Source: Laetmonice hystrix
Lineage: Eukaryota
DNA: 64,000 nt
Assembly: GCA_965235115.1 (NCBI GenBank)
Contig: OZ249451.1
Coordinates: 4,526,001-4,590,000, forward strand
Direction: 5' to 3'
Shown in pieces: positions 12,611 to 25,800 of the stretch. Both the position numbers and the translations under genes were made by a program. Position 1 is the stretch's first letter, and every line of letters begins with the position of its first letter. The notes under the pieces are model-generated. The model was not told the DNA's origin, made no database searches, and worked only from the letters and a program-made list of their open reading frames with translations.

Positions 12611-14419
12611 AGGAGTCGTACGACTCGGTGATCGTCACTGAGGCGGGTAAAGACAGACGCTGGGGAGCGGAATGAACGCTCCTTTTGCTACCAGTGGAGC
12701 GTCCTTTTGGAACGGACCTTCCCTCTGGGAACGAGTACCCGGCCGGCCGGCCGGCCTTCAACGGTCGCGTCACCTCAATACCCAAATAGGTCGGCACACT
12801 TCATACGGTATAACCCACATCCTCCACCGACTTCCTTTCAATATAGAACCGGCTTTTTCTTGTATTCTTTAGTGTAGGATTTAGAATAAATGCGGAAAAA
12901 CTGATGTAAAAGGATTTGTAGGAGGGTGAAATGGGTGAATATCGACCGACTTAGCTGAAAATAGGTTTGAAATAGGCCTACCCGTAATGAGGGCGATGCA
13001 GGAGAAGTAATACTGGATGAACAAAGTGTAAAAAAAAGATTTTTTTCAGAAATATTTCAGTCAAGGAAGTGTCATTTATTACGAGGAGTATAGGGCAGAC
13101 AGGCATTCTACTACCATCGTATACGGTACCACTAATCGGCAATTAGTCTCCAGTATTCCGGCTAAACTTCCCCATGGGCGGAATTTTACACTTTTGAAAA
13201 TATCTAGTCCTCCTGTGAATGTTATGTCACCAGTGTTATGTTGGAGCAGGAGTTCGGTTGAAGACTTGTAGACTCGTTGTTGGGATTCCAATATACTTTA
13301 TTGTGGTGAGGATTTTCTCTCCACTCTGGACATTGTTCTCTACTACCGATACTAATGCCCGTCCTTGAATCTCCTATATATAGGCCCGTCTTTCGGACAT
13401 GCAATATATACCACGTCTAGGGCTATAAAAGCCAATCGATTAGGGTACAACCCTTTTGTAACGGTGGCGCCAATTACGCTAACTCATGTATATGTATTAC
13501 CTTAATGGGAGTGACCGACAATAAGGTGGTAAAACTATAAGTGTGCCATGCCTGGGTGGTGCGTAGCAACGGCAGACCATCTTTCTAAATAACTACAGGA
13601 ACTGAAGTCATGGCATGCAGTCAAGCAACAATGTAGCATCTCATGATGTCCTTATCCTCGCCAGCGCTGGCCCCTGGTTTGAGGGAGGAAGGGGGTATTA
13701 CCTTTGATTACCTTACCCTTTCCTCCTCTTCCTACCCCCACCCCAGACCCTCCCTGTGAGCGATAGAGGGTGGTGACTGCCGTAAGGCGATCTTTGGATC
13801 CTTGTTCAGCTCTGATTGTAAGTTTTTATCTGTGACCGACGTTTATTTGTCACACGTCATATGTAGAGCACAGAGGCAGTACGCAATCTTTTTATTAACC
13901 CTTAAACTCCCAAAATCGGGCGGTTTCGCTAAAAGGTTAATTTTAATCAAAGCACTCGGCCTTTTCGGGGGAAATTTTGTATTTTTTCATGAGTTAAATG
14001 AGGCCGGAAACTGGGACTGAAAATGACTTTACATGTATTCGTGCATGTACATATGATATAGACAAGTTCATACATGCAAGGATCTCAATTCTTGCGATTC
14101 ACAACTGTCACACATGAACTTCTCCCTACCTGCTCCACGTACCCCTAGCCACCACCGAGGGTACAGGATCTTACCCTGCCGTGTCGCAGCCACCTGCCAA
14201 ATAATATTATTTTTTAATTAACCTTATTCTATCCTGAAAAACAACGTTACTATCAAAGCACAGAAGGCGTATTGTTTCTGGCAAGTGAAACAAAGAAGTT
14301 TATTTTTTGGCCTAAACCTCGACATCCCTGTTGAGAAGAGTATAGTTTTATAACCGCACCACCCGTAGCCTTTCATGGTTAGCTTGTTAACCATGGCCCA
14401 CTGTGGTGATAGTTGTATG

Positions 14420-14779
14420 TTGGTTGCCTTCAACCTGACCGTGAACCAGTTGGTTGCCTTCAACCTGACCGTGAACCAGTTGGTTGCCTTCAACCTGACC
14501 GTGAACCAGTTGGTTGCCTTCAACCTGACCGTGAACCAGTTGGTTGCCTTCAACCTGACCGTGAACCAGTTGGTTGCCTTCAACCTGACCGTGAACCAGT
14601 TGGTTGCCTTCAACCTGACCGTGAACCAGTTGGTTGCCTTCAACCTGACCGTGAACCAGTTGGTTGCCTTCAACCTGACCGTGAACCAGTTGGTTGCCTT
14701 TAACCTGACCGTGAACCAGTTGGTTGCCTTCAACCTGACCGTGAACCAGTTGGTTGCCTTCAATCTGACCGTGTACCAG
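14420..14779. repeat. 30-bp tandem minisatellite, 12 copies (TTGGTTGCCTTCAACCTGACCGTGAACCAG)
   Basis: Near-perfect 30-nt period; explains ORFs 14224-14817, 14375-14836 and 14413-14703. Confidence 0.97.
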
Positions 14780-17169
14780 ACTGCTTGGATTGACGATCTC
14801 GTCCGCCAGAGTCTCACATGTTATGGGTGCGAATGATCACGACCCCCCTCAGTTCTCTGACCGGAACGAGAGGCCACTTGTCCTCGCTTGGCCCCAGACC
14901 CCCAATGACTTTTTCAATATGTTTTTTTTTTATTATAATACCCATGGAAGATATCGTCGTGGTTACAGAGACTTGGAAGAGGTTCCCAGGCCGTAACCAT
15001 TTCGTCATTTTCAGGTTCTCATTTTAACAACTAGATCCGCTAACCAAACACATACAACATGAGACAGCAATAGAAACTTGATCCAGCGACAATCCATTGA
15101 CTGTTGGCAGCAAGGCAAGGGTGGTTTTTCGCTCGTATCCACACTGGGATATAAATATACTTAGTTCAACCCCCTTTAAACCCCCTCCCCCTGACTTCCA
15201 ACAACCAAGCCAACCCTTAACAAACAAACCATCGGGCATGTCCTATTGTCCCTTATTACAGGCCTTGGTGCTGGCCAGGTTTGGAAACAGGAAACGTCTG
15301 TAGGACCTGTCAATGGGTACTGGGTGCATGTATGTACACACACCCTGGCACGGGTCTTAGACACGCAGGATTCATGTCTCAAGTTAACTCTGGTGCAATT
15401 AGCGACCCAGAAATATAGGGGAACGAACTTTACAAAAATGTGCGAATAATGACCCAGACCCCCCCCCCCCCCTCCCCCAAAAAAACTCCGGTGAAAAGAC
15501 GAAAACCTATATCCGATTTTCCCGGTATATTTCGCATGAGGTATGTCCAAAATGAAGTGATTAGTGAGAACATTCTGTATACTTAAGAACCCCAAGTATC
15601 ATACGAACGTGTTTTAAGAACGTGTTTATAGAATTTTAGAATAATTTCACAGTTTACCTTCACTTCAAAAACAAGGCTTTCGGGTGACACGACGCCATAT
15701 ACAATTATCCCCCCCCCCTCATCGCTCCCCTGCCCCCCCCCCCCCTCAAGTACCCCATCCCTAGCCCTGCCTCTAGCTTTAACCCCTACCTCAAATCCGT
15801 GCAAATATTGCGGAGGGGGGGGGGGCGGTATTTCAGGAAGTAAGATCTCAACTCCGTGATTCGAGTCGAGTACTGTTAGACGCCGCTAGGTGGTGTTATT
15901 GCCATGTAGTGTTTCCATGCCAATAACCTCTATGTAGGCCTAATCAGACGTATCGTTAGGGATTGAAAACATAGAAACACATTGTTCCTGTGTTACTGCA
16001 GTGTTTTATGTACGCTCTGGGACAGAGAAATGCGGAAATTAGTTGTCGCTCTTCACGCACAATTTGCCATGCACCTCCCGACATGAATTACGACCAAACC
16101 GAGCTATCGCGGTATCAACAAGACACAGTCACGGGTAAAACTCAGAACAAAATGTTGGTTACCTGCCAAATACAGTGTAATGCCGCTAATGCTCACTATT
16201 TATAGTTGCACTTAATTGGACGGAATGTAAAGAGACAATGTATATTGTTTGGTTTTATTCTATGGAAAGGATTGGATTCAGACAAAGTCAAGGATTTGAA
16301 AGGGAATAGGGGAAATACTGTGATTCTTCTAAAAACTATAAATCTTCCTGAAAAGAGTTTCAATTTTTCTTTTTCTGCAGCAGTTTGCTGTTAGAAATGA
16401 ATAACCCAACTGCTTGAATAACACTTCCAAACAAAATTCTTTCCATATAACTGACTTTGTGTTGCTCTTACATGCTTTGTTACTTTTGGATAACGTATAG
16501 CCAAGTTCTTAGGAAACAAGAAAAATACCTTTTTAAAAATAAAAAAAGCTATAAAAAACCGAGAGTCATAATAGAAGGCGCTTTTGTCCTTTATTATCTA
16601 CTCTCTTGCTGTCTCTGTCTCTCGCTGTCTCTGTCTCTCGCTGTCTCTCTCCCTCATTGATGACGTGTACGCAGTGCCGATCAGAGGAATATTGGCGAGC
16701 AACATGTTTAAACGTTTGCCAAATCATTATTTCTTTGTCTCCTGCCATTTTAAAGATTAAAGCCAAATGGTCTCTTAAGTTACACCGGCTAGTTACACCT
16801 TTAGTTGACACCGGGCAGGAAGTTCTAAGTGTCATGCTGGAAGGCAAACTTTGAAAGCGCAGTGACTTCATGGGACGTTCACACCGAGTCGGACGCCATG
16901 CACTGCCGACGCCGACGCCTCATGGGGCGGTGTCAGCTGCGGTATGAATACCAAATAAAAGGTTTTTCCTCCAGAATAAAGCCATACAAACCTAATAGCC
17001 CGCATCGGCATATGTAAAGTGCATATCTAGACATACTAATACATCACTATGTCAAGAAGAAACCAGCGCTAGGGCCAGCTTGTTCGCACGCCAGGTCAGA
17101 TGCTGGTCTTCTGTACGGCTAGCCGGTCATGCAGTCAGCCAAGCGTGACCGTGTGATCCCGGGCCAGAA

Positions 17170-17290
17170 GTTACTTCTGGCAGACAATGCCCACTCAGAC
17201 ATCTATTGACCTGGGTGAATCTCCTATCAATCATTGTAATCAGGAACCTGTGACCCAGTTTTTGACTCAGTGCCAGCAAGCCGGGGCCTC
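17170..17290 (-). pseudogene. Very degenerate LINE reverse-transcriptase fragment
   Basis: Minus frame VKNWVTGS*LQ*LIGDSPRSIDV*VGIVCQ resembles the WxxxxLxxRxQxVxI...GVPQG block of non-LTR RTs; multiple stops. Confidence 0.3.
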
Positions 17291-17399
17291 CCGCACTGCA
17301 GGCAACAACATTAATTATCCTGTAAACCATGCTTTTACTTGCAAATACCATCGTGAAATCAGAGACAATGTTTCCCTGTTCCGTTCAATTCAAAAAGGA

Positions 17400-17478
17400 G
17401 AAAGAAGAAGAAGAAGAAGAAGAAGAACAAGAAGAACAAGAACAAGAACAAGAACAAGAACAAGAACAAGAAAAAGAA
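17400..17478. repeat. Compound (GAA)n/(AAGAAC)n microsatellite
   Basis: Seen directly. Confidence 0.95.
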
Positions 17479-19419
17479 GACTTCGAATTAAAACTTTGTC
17501 CTATGTATTGATGATTGAACGAGTAGGTCCTCCCCTATTAAACAAACAAAGATGAAAGAAAGTTGTCAGGCCGTGGCGACCTGTAATCCGGAAGGAACCT
17601 GAGATAAAGTTCAGTGAATTTTGTCAGTTGGATTTCGTGACGAGACGGTATTGACTGAATGACCTCTCACAAGAGGCAGCAGTGCATGAGTGCATAAGTG
17701 AAAGGTTATCCGCCTTCTCTTTTTGAAATGACTATCCAACCAATATTTCGGTATGATTTAGAGGGAATATTGGCAAAGATGACATTTATTAACGACTACA
17801 GGAGCTCATTTAGTGGTTATCTGATGGCAGATATGGAAAGAAGCCAGAAGTTGAGACTGATACGTCAAGTTCTGCTCTCTAATGTCTGATGTTCTTCTGG
17901 ATCGAAATATTATATTATCTCATGAACAATATTATTTCGCCCGAAATAATATCGTACCATACCACTTTGGGGGTTTCAAGTTTTTTCTTCGCTCCTTGAT
18001 CAAAAGTACAAATGGTTATGGCGCAAATCGTGACGCAATCATATTGTGACGCAATGTGGTCAAAGGTGACACGCTGGGAGGCAAACTTTGAACGCGAAGT
18101 GACTTAATGGGACGTTCACACCAAGTCCGACGCCATGCATCGCTGACGCCGACGCCTGTATGAATGCTTCCATTGAAACTGGTGTGTTGTAAAATACGCG
18201 TCAGTATAGGCGTCTGGGGCGGCGTCAGCTCGGGCCTAACAGGATTTTGGGAAATAAAACTGTATTGTATTATATCCCCCAGAACAAAGCTATACAGATA
18301 TAATAGCCCGTATAGGCCTGTGTAAAGACCGAGCAGGCGTGATCTGTAGGACAATGAACCTGAGGAAGGCGATATGTGGTGTTGATCATTTACAAAGACG
18401 AACGTTCATTGATCTATTCGTTGATTACTGGTTTCCTTGAACTGTAAAAGCTCAGTGGTATAAGCAATGCTGTAACTGACATAATAACAGTGAGCTCAAT
18501 TTCTCTGAAGTAGAACGGTTATAATATTATCGTAAGATCAACTTAAGTGACTTTGGTCTTTTTTTGAAGTCAGTTATACTGTTGTTCTGTGAAAGCTTAT
18601 AAAAACAGGTGCGACTATTTCTTCAACTGTTCCGTTCTACCCATGGACGTTTCCATGCGTGTCCTAACATTGTATAATACCCTCGTGGCAGTGTATACCC
18701 AAGCACTGCTTCACAAACCAACTAATCCACTGCAACAGTTTCTTGGAAAGGAGTTGGTAGTTGATCCACAGCCCTCCGGTGCTACATTGGTGCGACATTG
18801 CACTTCTTCAGAATTTGACTAGACATAGGTTCCTTAAGTAAACATGAAATTAAGAAACAGAAAATATTTATCGAGTTTGTTTTCCTTATATGACGTGCAT
18901 GAGAGAGTGCTGAAAGCCAAGTATTAATTTACACACATAACATTAAGTCATCAAGATATACATGTACTAAGTTACGTTGAATGTGCTTTTAAAAAGAACA
19001 TGATCAGCTAAATTAAAAATTTCAGCCTCGTCAACCCATCAACTTGTCCAATTCGCCTTTCAGTGTACCAGCCCGCCCACGCTGCTCGGTCACCCGCAAA
19101 ACAGGACGGAAACGAAATTCACGATTTACTTATATACCAGTTTGATGTCTGGGTTATTTTGCGGTGTGCAATACATTCCGATGATTGCAGCCAGTGTTGT
19201 GAAGACGGCGGACTGAAATTGTCTCCATGACCAATGTGCTTCCCGTTTCTCTTGTTTCCTCAACCAGTCAAACTGGCCGCCTCGTTATGACACTAGTTGT
19301 TGCCGAGGGGTAAAACCCTTACCCCATTCTAACCCGGAGACTGGAGACTCTGGAAAGCTAAACAAAATATTGACTTTAGGCGGGAAAGTGAAGGAGATAA
19401 TAAAAGAGATCGAAGAGGG

Positions 19420-19687
19420 GAGGGTGGGTATTTGGGTTTTTTACGCCTTGCAACAGCCAGGGTCATATCACGGCGGTGAAGATGAGATGAAAGTCAGTTT
19501 TTCTTGGTGGAGGAAACCGGAGTACCCGGAGGAAACCACCGACCTTCGGGAAGGAACTGACTGACAAACCTTTCACACATGCAGCCCAGGCCGGGAATCG
19601 AACCCGGGTCGCAGCGGTGTGAGGCGATGGTCCTAGGTGTCATGATGGAGCCGACACCTTAGACCACTCGGCCACCCGAGGCCCCCC
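19420..19687 (-). mobile_element. Full-length tRNA-derived SINE with a Meta-type core and 11-bp TSD
   Basis: Minus strand has A-box GTGGCCGAGTGG, B-box GGGTTCGATTCCC and core GGTCGGTGGTTTCCTCCGGGTACTCCGGTTTCCTCCACC. TCGAAGAGGGG flanks both sides (19409-19419 and 19688-19698). Confidence 0.85.
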
Positions 19688-22600
19688 TCGAAGAGGGGAA
19701 CATCAAGGAAGGGATTGCCACTGCGATATTCCAGCGAGTTTGACATCACGCTATTATCTCACCGTGATTTTACTATCAAATAGTGGAAACCTTTTTCATA
19801 AACAGGGAAGGACAGTCAGGAAAACACTACAAATATTGTACAGGCGTTACAAGGACATCGCCCTTTTAACTCTGTTTTCTGCTCGAGTCGCTGTGATTAT
19901 CACCAAGAGAAGTCCAGGAATGTGGTAAACCGGCTCGTGTAACATGGTAAACAGGTTAACCATGAGAGATTATCATAGTTACTCCCCACTTATTGTATAC
20001 GATTACTCTATAACCACACCCACACGTATACCTGAGACCGGCTACCTACATGGATTGTATTCATAAAACGTGAAAGAAAACATAATATAGGCCTTAAACT
20101 TTTGTGAATGGGCGTGAGAGAAAGTAATGTAATTCTGGGGTTAGATAAATGGTCAGAATGGTCAGATCTTGGAGGAGGGCTCTTACTAAGGAACAGCTGT
20201 GCTGGACTTGGGGCAGAGGTCAAAGTTATGACAACTTGCGAACAATATCATAGAGTTTTCCTGTCCTCCGGTGGCCCAGTCAGCGAGGCGTGTCCTGTCC
20301 CGTGCTTGTCGTCCTTTCGTAGTATACGGAAGAGGCCTTCTTGATGAGGTGGTTAAGGTCTGATTAGCACGACTCATACAACCAATGCGGGGGATGGGGG
20401 GGGGGCTATCATAGACCGGGCAATATACAGGTGGACCTTCTTGGGCAAATCCGGTCAAGTCGCGAGCCCATGCACGCCTGTCTGCGCATCCGAAGGCTAC
20501 GTCCATAGGCGGTCGCCACTGGCTGGGTTGGGAGATCTTTCTGGCTGGCTGACTCGACATCAGAGCTCACTAAACCGTGTCGAGGTGCCGTCCCTGGTCG
20601 GCATTAACCACGCACAGGCGTCGGCATGGCAAGGTGACGCTTCTAGCTCGACAGGACTCCCTCCCGTCTCCCGTCAACCCCCCACCCACTCGTTCCCGGT
20701 CTGAGCCCCTTCCCCCCTCGTCACTACGACCTGGGACCACTCCGTGCGCAAGCCAACACCCTCCGTGACGCTCTTCAGTGCCGTAAAGTGGGCGACTCCC
20801 GGCGCACTCCCTCCCTACCTTCTGACACTCTGGACGGGAGCATCACATCCTCCCGAGTCGGCCATACTTACATCTGATATACATTCACCGGCCAACAGGT
20901 AGGTCTCTCGCCATATCGGGGTGATTGTATACGTGGGTAAATATTGGAGAAATCTAAAAACTTACTTTGCATCTTATGCTAATCGGCCTAAGGGAGGGGG
21001 GGGGGGTCATTTCTTTTTATCTCATATTACCTTAGTAAGTTTGATGTTGTGCATCAATCAATGACGTTTTCGGGTGAAGATTATTGCACACAGAGTAAAC
21101 AGAACTCAATGAGAAAGGGCCCGGCTTCAACTGTCACCGATTGTTTAATTTAATTTTACCTCCTTGAAGAGAAAGCTAACTTTCAGCTTTTATTTGATTT
21201 GCGTGCCTAACATGGGTAAATATGATATATGCATGTTCCCTGTATTCGCGAATCGTGAGGGAAACAACTCACCAACATGGTTTTGTTGTGAATAGCTTGA
21301 ACCCCTCTCACACACGTAATCTTACCGCCTGATATTAATGGTAGAGGCGGTCTTACAACAAGGCAAAAAACATCGCTTTACCCTGCACGGCTGAACAGAC
21401 TTTAAAACAGTGCGAGGGACTGTCACCATTCCCTTGTAGAAACTGGAACAAACTTCCTTTAAACAGGTACATATATTGTCATGCTTGCAGTGTTTTCCCT
21501 TCCCTTATCCCTAACCGGGAAGAAATCTCATGTAGGCAAACTGTTCTCTCCCCCCACACTTCCAAGAGGAGCTGCGGGAGCTGCGGTCACCCGAAGTAGC
21601 CGTTTCTGGGCCCACGTGTCGTTAAAACCTTGGAGCATCGCTTCTTCTCTGTGTTCAAATATATTATCATGCATAAGAAATTCACGGATTTAAGAAAATA
21701 AGCCGGATTATCCCCAGTTCATGGATAAAGTGATCCACCTAAGTTTATAAGCCTGAAGGAGAAATATAACCGGCCCGTTCCGCTCTATAGCTTTCCCTGA
21801 TTATGTGCGTGTTTAAGGGAAGAGCTGGGCGTGAACTGCACTGTAAGAGCTGGCTGTATCATTATAATACATCTTTACCATCGTCAGCACCTGATGCCTG
21901 ACACATAGCAGATATTCCTGCTCAGTATTTGACCGAGACCGGCTTAACTTAGTTAGGTAAAACTGAGTGGTTATTAAGGTCAGCCGATGGCAGTGGCCAG
22001 CTTGGTGTCATGCAGGGGTGAGGTGAGGCGTGAGGGTTGGACATGGTCGGGGGAGTTGGTGCACAGATAGTGGCCCGGATGTACCTACGGTTGGCCCGTG
22101 AGGCAATTGCTTCGTCCACCTGCACACGCCACACCAACCACCAGACCATCTGCTGACGTTCACATGTTTTTGGAAAATTTAAAAAAAAGGAAAGAAGTAA
22201 AGAATAAAATTGTCAACAACGTCTTATTAACGGCGACTGACAGATGGGCACTGATCCTGAAAGAGAAACAAATTCCCGATGAATTCTTCACGAATCGGTC
22301 GAAGGAAAACGAAAAGTTTGTCTTTGATCAATATGTACTTGTATCTCGAACCGTGCGACTGAACTCAAAGGTTGAATTATTCACATTCAAACTTCGTGAA
22401 ATCAACAAATTTCAACCAAACAACACGCGCAGGGCACTTTTAAATAATGCATTCGTGGTCGCTTTGTAACATCGATAGATGGTGGCACGAAAACTGTTGG
22501 CATTGCTATGGCAACTGATATAAACAGTAAGGTAAACAAGATGAATAAGCCTAAGGTAATCAATAGGCTCAGATTGCTCCGGAAGTCCTCTCACACGGTG

Positions 22601-22839
22601 AAGTTTATCAGATCGTAGGTAAGTCATCGCTAAATTCATTAATCCAGGTCAAAACAACGCCATAAAAGTGGTGTCAGATTATAATGAGGTCATGTACCGA
22701 TGACTTGGAACAGGTCGGTGTTGGATTGTAATATTTCTGAGTTTATAATTAGAAATATTATGACCACAAGCCACCGCGGGTCGTGACTTCAAATCCGCAA
22801 GGTAGCGCGAGGTCAGTCGAGGCCACTGCCCGGCAAAAA

Positions 22840-22882
22840 CCAATCGAAGGCTGTCGTCTGCTGACGATGACGTCATTGGAAG
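22840..22882. promoter_or_regulatory. Promoter-like motif cluster (CCAAT, TGACGTCA, ATTGG, GGAAG)
   Basis: CCAAT at 22840, CRE palindrome at 22868-22875, reverse CCAAT at 22875 and an ETS-like core at 22878, all within 45 bp. No linked gene identified. Confidence 0.3.
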
Positions 22883-25800
22883 CGGGATAGCCCGGTCGGA
22901 TCCGGCAGAACGAAAGGACGGGAGAGAGGGTCTGACTTTTGATAAAAATATTTATAATCGCCTTTTAGGCAAAGGTAGAAGACATCACTACATCCTGTAG
23001 AATACATCTCCACATCCTGACATAAGGAACCCTCCACATATAGGCCTACCTATCTTATGGAGAAAGAAACACATATCCGGGCTATAAATTTAAGATATAG
23101 AGCAAACCATTGTATAACTCTGTCTTGAAAGTATGCCTCGAACCTACATTAGGAATGAAGGCAATTCGTAGAAGACCTGCAAGATGCTGGAGGGTATTTG
23201 CTAGGTTTGACATGAAAATACTGAACGGAATTCCAAGCCATTAGGATTTGGTGGAGCACTGTAGGACCCGAGGGCAATAAACGCCTCTGGGCAGTTGGTT
23301 GGTTTTTGACAAGAGCATGACGATGGATACCTACACGGATCCTGGCGTATCTTTAAGAATACTCGTCTCTGATGGTAATACATTTACAACCTTTACAACA
23401 CACGCCAGGCCCTTGCTATTGTGTAGGCGTTGTGATCCTCAGGCCTAACTAATTTAATCTTGGGCTCATATTATGTCTTACATTCAGACCGAAACGACGA
23501 GATCATTTCTGAATTACGTCACTAGAGTTTGGTACGCTGAGATATGAGCCATACACAACTCTCTATGCGATCTCAAGTAGGACTATATTATATCAAGGTT
23601 ATTTTGTTAAGCATCCTGTCTACAAATCCTTTTCATAGAGTTGACAAAGTCAAATTTACAAGACAATTGCTTTTAATATTGTACCTGCTCAACTAAGAAT
23701 CAAAATGCCCGAGTTATCGGCCCTAATTTTTAGCTAAATTCGACATCGACCACGACATCGTTTTGTAAAAACCACATGAGCGGACAGACCTTCGTGAACT
23801 TCTTGCGCCATGACCAATTTAGATCTTTTACCATAGTCGTGACAATGTTAAGGTCATTACAGTGTGTCGACCGACACGGTTCAGTGACACAGGAATGACC
23901 CAGATTCATGTCGTCAAGGTCAATCCCGAGGTCGGGCCACAGAGTCCTGTTGGAATATTCATAGATCAGTGGAATCGACCGTAAAATTAACCCTAACCCC
24001 ATGATCATGGCGGCCTGGTGTGAGTGGGGTAGGCGACGCACAGACCTGCTGTGAGTGGGGTAGGCCACGCACAGCGGGTGGCACTGTGCCCCAAGTTCTC
24101 ATTGATTGCGAATTCTGAGACTATATAGGGAGTTGGTACCAACCCGATTGTTACACGTGGGATGACGTTACCAACCTGACGTTGTGGGTATTATGTGCTT
24201 TGTGACGTCATAATGAAATTAGTTAAAGAGATACAGAGAGAGAGAGGGAGAGGGAGAGGGAGAGAGGGAGAGACAGGGAGAGAGAGATAGATACGGAGGG
24301 AGAACGGATTCATACATGGAAATAAACCATTTGAAATGCGATATAGACGGTGTGTGGCTGATCCTGTAGAGAGAAAAAGACAAGAAAGATTACATAGATG
24401 CTAATCGGGATTGTCCTGAATATGCAAGAATAGCCAGCTGCAGCCTACAATATATGACGGATTGTATGCCACACGTGTGCCAGGTCTTGGAATGCGTGTA
24501 CTACAAGATAAAAACACAAAAAAGAAGGAACAAAAATGGTAGAGTAAGGCTGAGGACACAAATCATGTGTGTAGGGCCTATACTAGGTGTTATGTTGCTA
24601 TGCGTTAGGTAACTATAAAGTAAGGGCCCAGGCAGGTACTGGGAAGGCTATGGTGTAGGTAGTTAGGTAGTTAGGGTATAGTAGGTAGGTAGGTAGCAAG
24701 TGGTCATTATTCGCAAGTGCTAGCTCTAGCACATAATTACGTAGGCCTACATCTTCTAATAACATCCCTACGTAAACGAATGGTACCCTTGGCAACTCCA
24801 TCGTCCAAGAGAAGATCGCAGAGACATTGCGCTCTCCAAGAACAGCTGCCTATAGCATGACGCCTATGAAAGGTAGTCAGTGATAGCATGACGCCTCTGA
24901 AAGGTAGTCAGTAATACAGGTCAGTTAACACTGGTGCGTGTAGCTAGAGGCTGACGCCGCAGGGGTGGACATGCAGTACAGTGATCTACACACCTTTAAA
25001 TGTCTCAGACAGCAGAGGGCTCGCTTAAACACGACCCTGATGAATTCAATGAATAAATCTCAATTTGGAAAGTAGCACTGAAAAGCATGGTACTTTTTAA
25101 GTACAGTTAATGTGACCCAGATTTGTGTTAATAGGTCAGCGATCTATGCATAATTAAGCCGCATTGTTTTCTACGCATTCCAGAAAACGATTTAAACAGG
25201 AATTATTTAGTGATCTGTGCATTGGAAGCATTGAGACTGATGCCTTCATCGTTATGAAGTTAGAGGAACATTCCGACACTCTCAGCGTTACCTATAGCAA
25301 CCAGACTATCATAACTTATCATGAAAGTCTCAGATTTTTGAAAGTCGAGCCAAGTTTTGGTCCATAAAATTCTTTGACCCTAGCCACCTATTGACTTGAG
25401 AAGACGTACTTCCGGTCTAACGGGGTCTTCTGCTGACTGGTTCCCTGCTCAACTCCTATCGGAGATATCAATCTCCGAGGGGAGGGAGGAGTGAGCCGGG
25501 GACCAGTCAGGGTCTTCTGTCGGGTTGTAAGAAATTGTTTCTGTCCCGAAGATGGGCAGCAGTTGCCGGCCCGACGTAAACCCACCAACCTACCACCGCC
25601 ACTAGCATACCTTTGGTATAGTCTCGATCACCAAACCCTTTTTCCCCGCTATAGAGGCTTGCGGCTAGGAGAACTGCCAGGAGGGCGAGTATGCTTTTGG
25701 CAGTTCAGGTCATACGTTTGCCTATAACGGGCGCGCTCTGACGATAGGAGGGCAGGACCTTTAGTATCGGAAGGCCTCTGATTGTGGTTCCTAACCTTTG

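Larger units (their letters stand above)
16830..18330 (+). repeat. Two diverged direct copies of a dispersed repeat (about 16830-17020 and about 18066-18330)
   Basis: Shared blocks gctgg(g/a)aggcaaactttgaa, gggacgttcacacc, gacgccgacgcc and cagaa(t/c)aaagc...taatagcccg. The second copy has about 70 extra bp. Confidence 0.7.

Noticed and set aside
1098-14836. Repeat-peptide ORFs at 1098-1439 and 14224-14836
   Set aside because: 30-bp units lacking stops give open frames on both strands; there is no independent coding evidence.
18600-18830. Possible decayed sushi/CCP exon on the minus strand (YT/CHEG/YTMLG...)
   Set aside because: It needs several assumed frameshifts and is too weak without a search.
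19590-19687. tRNA gene
   Set aside because: A and B boxes are present but lead into a SINE core and tail with TSDs; there is no complete cloverleaf.
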